Shown one piece after another: positions 24,786 through 32,000 of a stretch of DNA of 32,000 nucleotides (positions are counted from its first letter, which is position 1; every line of letters starts with the position of its first letter). The notes below the pieces were generated by a model. The model saw only the letters and a program-made list of their open reading frames with translations. It searched no databases and was not told the origin of the DNA. Origin of the DNA: Ignicoccus hospitalis KIN4/I (GTDB taxonomy: Archaea; Thermoproteota; Thermoprotei_A; Sulfolobales; Ignicoccaceae); contig NC_009776.1 in the NCBI RefSeq assembly GCF_000017945.1, positions 1,020,001 through 1,052,000 on the forward strand, given 5' to 3'. The position numbers and the translations under genes were made by a program.

Positions 24786-27331
24786 ATCTTCTTCAGCACC
24801 ATCTCCCTCAGCCTCTGGAGGAGCTTCCTCTTATCCTCCATGAGTACTACGTCGCTGAAGGCGTTAGCCACTATGACGTGAGAGAAGGGGCTCGGCACGT
24901 CCAAGGGGCCGACCACCTTCACCTCCACCTCCCCTTCAACTATCCTCCTCACCGTCTCTTCCGCCGCTTCCACGTTCATGTAATCTTCCAGGATTTCCCG
25001 CAAGGTCTCCTTGTAGATGGGGAAGTCTTCCAAGCCCTCCACAACTTTTATGAGCTGTTGAGCGGAGAGCTGCATCCTTTCCGGACTCTTCTCCCTCCCC
25101 CTGTACCTCTTCAATATCATGAAGCCCCTCTGCGCGCAGTGCCTAAACCTCCTCTTGAAGAGCTCCGTCCTCTTCACCGCCTCCTCCACGTAGCGCCTCA
25201 AGTTCTCAGGGGTCACGGAGAAGACCAACTCCCTCACGTCCACCTCCGGGTGGCCGGGCACGGTTAACATGAACCCGTAGTCGGTCACAGTGACGCTCAC
25301 GTTAGTGCCCGTGAGCTGGCCCAGCTTGTAGGCGTAGGCCCGGGAGAGGGCGTCTATCCCCCTCCTTCCTATTAGGAAGTGGAAGATGAAGTTCCTCCTG
25401 TCCTCCTCATCCCATATCTCCACCAAGTACGTGCTGTCGCCCGGGACTGCGCCGACGTACTCCAGCTGCTCTTGGACGTACTCCTTCAAGCTCCTAGCGG
25501 CCCAAGGCTCCAGCTGGTACTCCTCGACGAGCTGTTCTACGCTCATATCCACCAACATCTCCCTAAACTTGGCCACTTCTCTGGCGGAGTCGTAGGCAAG
25601 GGGGAGCATCTCGCTGAACCAAGCCGGGACCGTGGGCCTCTCGCTGGGCGCGGGCTCCACGTAGACGCTCATTCCCTTGGAGTACAAGAACCTATACGTC
25701 TTCCCGGAGAGCACGAAGACGTCCCCGGGGACCAAGTTCTGGGCGAAGAGCTCCTCCACGTGTCCCAACAGCTTGCCGCTCTTAGCGTCTACCACCTTTA
25801 CCTTGCTCTCGTCCGGGATCGTGCCGGCGTTCATTAGGAATATCATTCTGCTGGTCCTCTTCCTCCTCAAAACGTTCCTCTCCTTGTCCCAGAACAGCTT
25901 GGGGAACACCTTCTCCTCCTCTAAGCCGTACTCGCCCGCCAAGTACTTCACGACGGACTCGAAGTCCTTCTCGTCCAACTCCCAGTAGGGGTAGGCCCTC
26001 TTCGTAACCTCCAGCGCGAGCTCGTATGGAACTTCGCCCAGTTCCAAGGTCAAAGCTATTAAGTGCTGAGCGAGGACGTCCAAGGCGTTCTTGGGTATCC
26101 TCACCCTGTCTATCTTCTTCTCCCTGGCCAACTTCGCGAGGACCGCGTTCTCGAGCAAGTCGTCCCTGTCCACCACGATTATCCTTCCCTTGGAAACCGC
26201 GTCTATTCTGTGCCCGGCCCTCCCGACCCTCTGCAGAAGCCTGCTCACGCTCTTGGGGCTGGAAAGCAGTATTACCAAGTCCACGTGCCCTATATCTATT
26301 CCCATCTCCAAAGAGGTTGAGGTCACCACCACCTTCAGCTCTCCCTTCTTCAGCTTCTCCTCCACCTCTAGCCTGACTTCCCTGGAGAGTGAGGAGTGGT
26401 GGGCGGCCACCTTGTCCGCCAAGCCCTCCTTCTCCAAGTACTGCTTCAACTTGAAGGCGACCTTCTCGGTGGAGTGCCTCGTGTTAGTAAATATCAAGAC
26501 TGCCCTGTGCTCCTTTATCAGCTTCACCATAGTGCGGTAGATCGCGTCGTTGAGCTCCTCCGCGTCGGCGTTAACTATGTCCTTCACGGGGCATATCACC
26601 TTTATGTCCACGGGCTTGGCGAACCTCGCGTCCACTATCCAGACCTCCCTCCCCCTCCCGCCCAAGAATTTGGCCACGGTCTCCAACGGGTGGATGGTGG
26701 CGCTCAGCCCGACCCTCTGGAACTCGCCGGCGTGCAAAGCTAAGCGCTCCAAGGTCAAGGTTAAGTGGGTCCCTCTCTTGCTAGAGGCCATCTCGTGGAT
26801 CTCGTCTACAATGACCCACTTGACGTCCTTGAGCTTTTCCCTAAACTTGGGGGAGGCCAAGGAGAGGGCGAGGCTTTCCGGAGTAGTAATTAGGATGTGG
26901 GGAGGCCTCCGGAGCTGCTTCTGCTTCTCCGAGGGAGGGGTGTCGGAGGTCCTAATGGCCACCCTTATCTCTGGGAAGCCTTCCTCCACCCTCTGGTAGA
27001 TCTCGTTGAGCGGCTCTATCAAGTTCCTCCTCATGTCGTTTCCAAGCGCCCTGAGGGGGGAGACGTAAACGGCGTAGACCTTGTCCTCCAGCAGCCCTCC
27101 CTCCGCCATCCTAAACAAGCTGTCTATGATACCCAAGAACGCCGCTAAGGTCTTCCCAGTCCCGGTGGGGGAGGAGATGAGTACGTTCTTGCCCTCCTTG
27201 ATAAGCTTTATCGCCCCCCTCTGGGGCGGGCTCAAGTTGCCGTACTTCTCCTTGAACCAGTCCCTAACGGTCGGGTGGAGGAGTTGTAAGACCTCCTCGG
27301 AAGGGGGGAGCTCTCGGAGGAGCTCGTACAC
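24683..27331 (-). CDS. Lhr-type superfamily 2 DNA/RNA helicase
   Basis: SSPTGTGKTLAAFLGII, VDEIHEMASSKRG, FTNTRHSTEKVAFKL, QRVGRAGHR, and a long C-terminal Lhr-specific region; 882 aa. Confidence 0.93.
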   Translation of the reverse strand: MYELLRELPPSEEVLQLLHPTVRDWFKEKYGNLSPPQRGAIKLIKEGKNVLISSPTGTGKTLAAFLGIIDSLFRMAEGGLLEDKVYAVYVSPLRALGNDMRRNLIEPLNEIYQRVEEGFPEIRVAIRTSDTPPSEKQKQLRRPPHILITTPESLALSLASPKFREKLKDVKWVIVDEIHEMASSKRGTHLTLTLERLALHAGEFQRVGLSATIHPLETVAKFLGGRGREVWIVDARFAKPVDIKVICPVKDIVNADAEELNDAIYRTMVKLIKEHRAVLIFTNTRHSTEKVAFKLKQYLEKEGLADKVAAHHSSLSREVRLEVEEKLKKGELKVVVTSTSLEMGIDIGHVDLVILLSSPKSVSRLLQRVGRAGHRIDAVSKGRIIVVDRDDLLENAVLAKLAREKKIDRVRIPKNALDVLAQHLIALTLELGEVPYELALEVTKRAYPYWELDEKDFESVVKYLAGEYGLEEEKVFPKLFWDKERNVLRRKRTSRMIFLMNAGTIPDESKVKVVDAKSGKLLGHVEELFAQNLVPGDVFVLSGKTYRFLYSKGMSVYVEPAPSERPTVPAWFSEMLPLAYDSAREVAKFREMLVDMSVEQLVEEYQLEPWAARSLKEYVQEQLEYVGAVPGDSTYLVEIWDEEDRRNFIFHFLIGRRGIDALSRAYAYKLGQLTGTNVSVTVTDYGFMLTVPGHPEVDVRELVFSVTPENLRRYVEEAVKRTELFKRRFRHCAQRGFMILKRYRGREKSPERMQLSAQQLIKVVEGLEDFPIYKETLREILEDYMNVEAAEETVRRIVEGEVEVKVVGPLDVPSPFSHVIVANAFSDVVLMEDKRKLLQRLREMVLKKIQSSKESPSSGTSTFTPSASPSASTSASLTEGSK

Positions 27332-27371
27332 CCTCGATGCCCGGGCGAGGGCCCCTCACAAAAAATTAAGC

Positions 27372-28745
27372 TTAGCCCCAGCAGCCGCTGGCCAAGTAGA
27401 CCTTGCCCTTTATCACTTGCTGCTGCGTGGTCAGCCCGCCCACCGTGGGGTTCACTACAGCCGTGTAACACGTCCTCTTGCCCATAGTTAAGGTTATGAA
27501 CAGCGAAGAGACCTCTTGGGGCACGTTCTTCACCTTGAACTTCAGCTCGCCGACGTTGCTCTTTATAGTAATGGTGGTGTTGGTGAAGTTGCCCAAGCCG
27601 AACACCCTCTTTACCTTGGGCTCCAAGGATATCCCGGTGGCCACCGCAACCGCGGGCTCCAGCTTGCCTATGGTGAAGTTCTGATACATGTTGTTAACGT
27701 CGAATATGTAGGCCTCGAAGCCCCTCCTAGTGGCGACCAAGAAGAGGGCGTCGCCCACGTAGCCGTTGCCCAAGTAGTCCCCCACCCCTACGAAGTTGTA
27801 TATGCCGGGCAAGGAGTAGAGCACGGTCTCGTTGTCCAATATGTCGTGGAACCTCAGCACGAAAGTTCCCCTCTCGCCCAAGCTTATCAGCATGAAGTAG
27901 GGCTTGCTCGAGTAGGGCTCGTTCTCCAAGAATATGGGGGCGAACGTGGCGACCTTCATCTTAATTAAGTCTTCCTCGCCCTTCGCCTCCCCTCCCTTGC
28001 CCTTGTAGTGGTAATACATTATCGGCGACATCTTCCTCAACCACAAGACCAAACAGCCGTCCCCGTCCAACAAGTCAGGCAACGGGTTGGTGGCGCTAAC
28101 GTTGGCGCCCAAGTTGAAGGTTATGTTCGAGGCCACCTTGTCCTTGAGCACGTCGTACAGGGTGCAGTAGACCCAAGTGTCGTTGCCGAGCTTCTCCTCC
28201 CTCACCTCCCAAGCGTAGACGTCGTTCTTCTTAACGAAGATGCCTACGCGGGCGTCGGGGGAGTGGGCGTACTTGCCCAAGGGCTCGGCCTCGTCCCCGT
28301 ATATCGCGTACAGCGTGCCGTTGACGCCGAGGAGGAGCTTCCCGTCGAGGGTGGCGGACTCCCCCTTCCTAGGGTCGAAGACCGGCACCACCGGGCCCTT
28401 TATCTCAAACTTGCCCACTACCTTGTTACCCTTTATGGTCCATATCTCCTGAGTCTCGTTTATAGTGTTCACGAAGAGGAACGCCGTGCCGTCCTCGTCC
28501 GGGTAGGTTAAGGGCTGGGCGGTGGCCGCCCCCTCGAGCTCCACGAACTCGAGGGGGTACTCGACGCTTACCTTAGGCACCTCCTCGGCGGGGGCGCCGA
28601 AGCGCTCTTGCTGGGTGACCTCCGCCTTGGGCGGTTTGCTGCTCAGCACGAGGAAGGTTATGCCGAGGCCGGCTATCACCGCGACCGCGACGGAGGCCAA
28701 CACTAAGAGCTTCTTGTTTATTTGGACTTTCTGAGGAGAGCTCAT
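27372..28745 (-). CDS. N-terminally anchored extracellular protein of unknown function
   Basis: KKLLVLASVAVAVIAGLGITFLVLSS anchor followed by ~420 aa of beta-rich sequence with many NxT/S sequons and a few Cys. Confidence 0.75.
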   Translation of the reverse strand: MSSPQKVQINKKLLVLASVAVAVIAGLGITFLVLSSKPPKAEVTQQERFGAPAEEVPKVSVEYPLEFVELEGAATAQPLTYPDEDGTAFLFVNTINETQEIWTIKGNKVVGKFEIKGPVVPVFDPRKGESATLDGKLLLGVNGTLYAIYGDEAEPLGKYAHSPDARVGIFVKKNDVYAWEVREEKLGNDTWVYCTLYDVLKDKVASNITFNLGANVSATNPLPDLLDGDGCLVLWLRKMSPIMYYHYKGKGGEAKGEEDLIKMKVATFAPIFLENEPYSSKPYFMLISLGERGTFVLRFHDILDNETVLYSLPGIYNFVGVGDYLGNGYVGDALFLVATRRGFEAYIFDVNNMYQNFTIGKLEPAVAVATGISLEPKVKRVFGLGNFTNTTITIKSNVGELKFKVKNVPQEVSSLFITLTMGKRTCYTAVVNPTVGGLTTQQQVIKGKVYLASGCWG

Positions 28746-28772
28746 GACTTCCTCCGCGGGGGCCTTTGAGGG

Positions 28773-29831
28773 TCACTTTATCACTCCTGTGGTGCGCGCC
28801 AGTCTCTCCGCGGCTTCTCTGGTCAAGCCGTCGCTGCCCAAGATGGTGTACCTCTCGGGCCTTATCTTGTGAGCTATGGTGAGTGCCTCTATTATTTTCT
28901 CGTCCTCCACGCCTAGCTCCTCCGCCGTAGTAGGCAAGTTCAAGTCCCTCAGAACCTTCCTCACCTTCCTCCAGAGCTTGGAGCCGTGTAAGTAGAGCAT
29001 CATTATCGTCCCGACGCCCACTTGTTCGCCGTGGAGCGCCGGCCTGTTCGCTATGACGTCCAAGGCGTGGGAGAACAAGTGCTCGCTCCCGCTTGCCGGC
29101 CTGGAAGAGCCGGCTATGCACATGGCTACTCCGGAGGAGATGAGTGCCTCCACCAAGATCCTCAACCCGTCCTCGCTCAAGGCCTTCAACAGCGGAGAGT
29201 ACTTGAGGACGTGCTTTGCGCTCATCAGTGCGAGGGAGGCGGCATAACTGCCGTAGTACTCCCCCTTCAACACGTGGGCGAGCCTCCAGTCGCGCACCGC
29301 GGAGAACTTCGCCAGCACGTCCCCTATGCCGGCCCGGTTGAGCCTCTCCGGGGCCCTAGCTATGACTTCGATGTCCGCGACCACGGCTATGGGAGTCTTT
29401 GTCTTGACGCTGGTCGGCCCCTTCAAGCCCTTGAGGCTGGAGAACGGGGAAGCTATGCCGTCGTGGCTCGTGGCGGTGGGCACGCTCACGACGTCCCTCC
29501 CGAGCTTCATAGCAACGTACTTGGCCACGTCTATCGCCTTCCCCCCGCCGAAGCCCACCACCACGTTGGGTTCCCCGTTCAACCCTTCCAACACCTTGTT
29601 CGCCTCCTCAACGGACGGCTCCACGACGGTCACGAAGTCTACCTTGAACCCCTCCTTTTCCAACAGCCCTTGGAGCTCGTCGCCCCACTCGGACCACACG
29701 TGAGGGCCGGTGACCACGAGCACCTCGCCGCCGTCAAAGCCCAAGGCCTTGATGACCTTCGGCAGCTCCCTCCTCGTCCCTCGGCCCACCACCACTCTCT
29801 TCATTAGCTCTATCTCGTGGCGGTCCCTCAA
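28773..29831 (-). CDS. egsA: sn-Glycerol-1-phosphate dehydrogenase
   Basis: [66 protein letters not shown]...[17 protein letters not shown]. Confidence 0.95.
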
Positions 29832-29921
29832 ACGATGCCTACCGGGGCCCCTTAGGGAGGGACGCTAATGAGGTGTGAGCCATTAAAAAGCCCCCAAGGG
29901 GGCCGCTGAGGGGTAACGAAC

Positions 29922-30236
29922 GTGAGCGACGTCAAGTTCTTCAAGATTAGGGGCTATATGCTGGTATCGCACGACAAGAACCCGAGGTGGCAGGCCTTCG
30001 AGGTGGTGAGGAGGGGGACCAAGCCCGAGGAGGTAGTGGAGAGGGTGCTCTCCGAGCTCGGCAGCAGGCACAAGCTGAAGAGGTACCACATAAGGGTTGA
30101 GAACGTACAAGAGGTGAAGGAGGAGGAGATAGAGGACATCTACTTCCTCCAGCTGGCCCACTTGAACAGCTGGGAGGCCTACGACGCCCACAAGGTCTGG
30201 AGGAAGTACAAGCTGGGCTGGGGTGCGTGGAAGTGA
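29922..30236 (+). CDS. rplX: 50S ribosomal protein LX (L18a/eL20)
   Basis: FFKIRGYMLVSHDKNPRWQAFEVVRRGTKPEEVVERVLSELGSRHKLKRYHIRV...EI, 104 aa, beside pfdA as in many archaea. Confidence 0.92.
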   Translation: MSDVKFFKIRGYMLVSHDKNPRWQAFEVVRRGTKPEEVVERVLSELGSRHKLKRYHIRVENVQEVKEEEIEDIYFLQLAHLNSWEAYDAHKVWRKYKLGWGAWK

Positions 30237-30694
30237 ACGTCCCCCAAGAGAAGCTGGAGGAGCTCCAGAAGCTCCAAAGGGAGTACGAACAGCTCCGGGC
30301 CCTACAAGCCAGCCTCGCGGTCGAGGTGGAGCGCCTCAACGCCTTCAAGAAGGACGCCGAGCTGGCGGCGGGGGAGCTGGAGGAGCTGAAGGAAGAGAAG
30401 GAAGCCTTGGTCCCTATGGGGCCCGTGTTCGTGAAGTCTAAGCTCCAGACCAAGGTGCTTTACCCGTTGGGAGCCAACGTCTACTTGTCCACGAAGCCCG
30501 AAGAAGCCGTTCAGAGGCTCAAAGAGGACAAGAAGAAGATCGAAGAGCAGCTGAAGCTCCTCGAAGCAGAGCTGGCTAAGGTGACCCAAGCGCTGACTTC
30601 AATAGAAGCCAGGGTCGCCGAGATCTACCGGGAACTGAACGTTGCTGGGGCGCCTAAAGAAGGCACTCAAGGGACTGGTCAACGAGGTAGCTAA
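30227..30694 (+). CDS. pfdA: Prefoldin alpha subunit
   Basis: Coiled-coil/KALVPMGPVFVKSKLQ...VLYPLGANVYLSTKPEEA...coiled-coil, typical prefoldin alpha. Confidence 0.9.
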   Translation: MEVNVPQEKLEELQKLQREYEQLRALQASLAVEVERLNAFKKDAELAAGELEELKEEKEALVPMGPVFVKSKLQTKVLYPLGANVYLSTKPEEAVQRLKEDKKKIEEQLKLLEAELAKVTQALTSIEARVAEIYRELNVAGAPKEGTQGTGQRGS

Positions 30695-31664
30695 GAGTAC
30701 CAAGGAAGTAACCGAGGAGAAGCCGGTAACCCCGGAGGAGAGGCCGAAGGAAAAGAAGGAGGAGAAGAAGGGCCTTTTAACGAAGTTAAAGGACACAATA
30801 GTTTATAAAGAAATAGACGTAAAGAAGCTAGAGCCTCTCCTGGAGGAGTACGTACTGACGTTGAGCGAGCTGGACGTGGCCTACGAAGTCGCGGAGGAAT
30901 TGATAGAAAACTTCAAGAAGAACTTAGCCGGCTTGAAAATAAAGAGGGGGGTCGACGAGAGGGAAGTGATTGAGAAGGCGTTAAAAGATGCAATTCTGGG
31001 CTTGATAAGCGTACCCGCGTTCGACTTGATCGAGGAGGCCAAGCGGGCCCAGAGGGAGGGCCGGATACTTAAAATCATGTTCATGGGTGTTAACGGAGTT
31101 GGGAAGACCACGACCATAGCCAAGGTCGCTTACGCGATGAAGAGGGCCGGGGTCACCCCGGTGCTGGCGGCCGCGGACACCTTTAGGGCCGGGGCGGTGG
31201 AGCAGCTCAAGGTACACGCGGAGAGGATGGGGGTACCAATAATAACCAAGCCCTACGGGAGCGACCCGGCGTCCGTGGCCTACGACGCTATAGAGTACGC
31301 CAAGGCGAGGGGGTTTAACGTAGTTTTGATAGACACTGCCGGGAGGATGCACGTAGACGTGGACTTGATGAACGAGCTCCGGAAGGTCGCTAGGGTCGCA
31401 GAGCCGGACTACAAGGTCTTAGTCTTGGACGCCTTAACCGGCAACGACGCAGTCGAACAAGCGAAGTTCTTTGACGAGGCCGTGGGCGTCGACGCTGTAA
31501 TATTGACTAAGGTGGACGCAGACGCCAAGGGGGGAGCGGTCTTGAGCGTCGCAGCTACCATAAAGAAGCCCGTCCTATACTTGGGCGTAGGCCAGAACTA
31601 TGAGGACTTGATAAAGTTCGACCCCAAGTGGTTCGTGGAGCGGCTGTTGGGTGAGGAGAAGTGA
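30642..31664 (+). CDS. ftsY: Signal recognition particle receptor FtsY
   Basis: GVNGVGKTTTIAKVAY, AADTFRAGAVEQL, IDTAGRMHVDVDLMNEL, LTKVDADAKGGAVLSV. Confidence 0.96.
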   Translation: MLGRLKKALKGLVNEVAKSTKEVTEEKPVTPEERPKEKKEEKKGLLTKLKDTIVYKEIDVKKLEPLLEEYVLTLSELDVAYEVAEELIENFKKNLAGLKIKRGVDEREVIEKALKDAILGLISVPAFDLIEEAKRAQREGRILKIMFMGVNGVGKTTTIAKVAYAMKRAGVTPVLAAADTFRAGAVEQLKVHAERMGVPIITKPYGSDPASVAYDAIEYAKARGFNVVLIDTAGRMHVDVDLMNELRKVARVAEPDYKVLVLDALTGNDAVEQAKFFDEAVGVDAVILTKVDADAKGGAVLSVAATIKKPVLYLGVGQNYEDLIKFDPKWFVERLLGEEK

Positions 31665-31855
31665 AGGACTTGAACCGCTACCTAGAGCAGTTGAGGAACT
31701 TGATGAACGACTGGAGGACCATATTGGCCTTGGCGAGCAAGCCCGACGAGGACGAGTTCAAGACGGTTTTGAAGGTCGTAGGCCTAAGCACGTTAATAAT
31801 TGCAGCCTTGGCATACATAATAAGGCTGGTCATAGTGTTAATGCTCTACGGGTGA
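31661..31855 (+). CDS. secE: Protein translocase SecE/Sec61-gamma subunit
   Basis: 64 aa, amphipathic helix then one TM (KPDEDEFKTVLKVVGLSTLIIAALAYIIRLVI), between ftsY and spt5. Confidence 0.87.
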   Translation: MKDLNRYLEQLRNLMNDWRTILALASKPDEDEFKTVLKVVGLSTLIIAALAYIIRLVIVLMLYG

Positions 31856-32000
31856 TGGGGGTGCCGTTCTTCCCGGTAAGGACCGTGAGCGGGAGGGAAA
31901 TTGACGTTGCACTGCTAATTGAAGAAAGGGCGAGAGCAAAGAACTTAGACGTGAAGTCCGTCATAGTGCCCCCGAGGATTAAGGGGTTCGTCATAGTGGA
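31855..32000 (+). CDS. spt5: Transcription elongation factor Spt5/NusG, N-terminus (truncated by the window end)
   Basis: MGVPFFPVRTVSGREIDVALLIEERARAKNLDVKSVIVPPRIKGFVIVE matches the archaeal NusG N-terminal domain. ATG overlaps the secE stop. Confidence 0.85.
   Translation, partial: MGVPFFPVRTVSGREIDVALLIEERARAKNLDVKSVIVPPRIKGFVIV

Noticed and set aside
29022-29807. 261-aa plus-strand ORF opposite egsA
   Set aside because: Shadow ORF; egsA motifs are unambiguous on the minus strand.
1-32000. Insertion sequences, integrases, toxin-antitoxin or classical defence genes
   Set aside because: No transposase, integrase or recognisable defence gene other than the Cas6-like protein, and no terminal inverted repeats were apparent by eye.

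Overview
This window is a gene-dense stretch of a hyperthermophilic crenarchaeal chromosome. Gene content and style (aEF-1A, DtdA, CdvB, Rpo8-like, EgsA, the LX-prefoldin-FtsY-SecE-Spt5 cluster, TTG/GTG starts, many overlapping genes) fit Desulfurococcales, and I suspect an Ignicoccus-like organism; that is inference, not a database result. Main contents in order: a winged-HTH ORF; a membrane-anchored Lon-like (S16) protease divergent from a nuoH-I-J-K-N membrane-arm operon; a small kinase-like protein; aEF-1A; a stand-alone Cas6-like protein; dtdA; an unexplained AT-rich spacer; a frame-disrupted small ORF; tRNA-Gly(CCC); an RNase HI-type gene; metG; an ESCRT-III/CdvB-like gene; a class II amidotransferase with an unlisted 58-aa membrane protein; a nucleotidyltransferase; a PUA protein; a PAC2 protein; an Rpo8-like protein; a flippase/AglD-like protein; a DUF2118-like protein; a prenyl synthase; a multi-zinc-ribbon protein next to a HerA-type ATPase; an MBL-fold hydrolase; an Lhr-type helicase; an anchored extracellular protein; egsA; and rplX-pfdA-ftsY-secE-spt5. 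I found no mobile element, CRISPR array, or clearly new defence system. The best leads are the Lon-like protease with its unique helical tail, the orphan Cas6, two ~100-bp convergent overlaps that encode low-complexity C-terminal tails, the zinc-ribbon/HerA pair, the homopolymer frameshift beside tRNA-Gly, and the AT-rich spacer.
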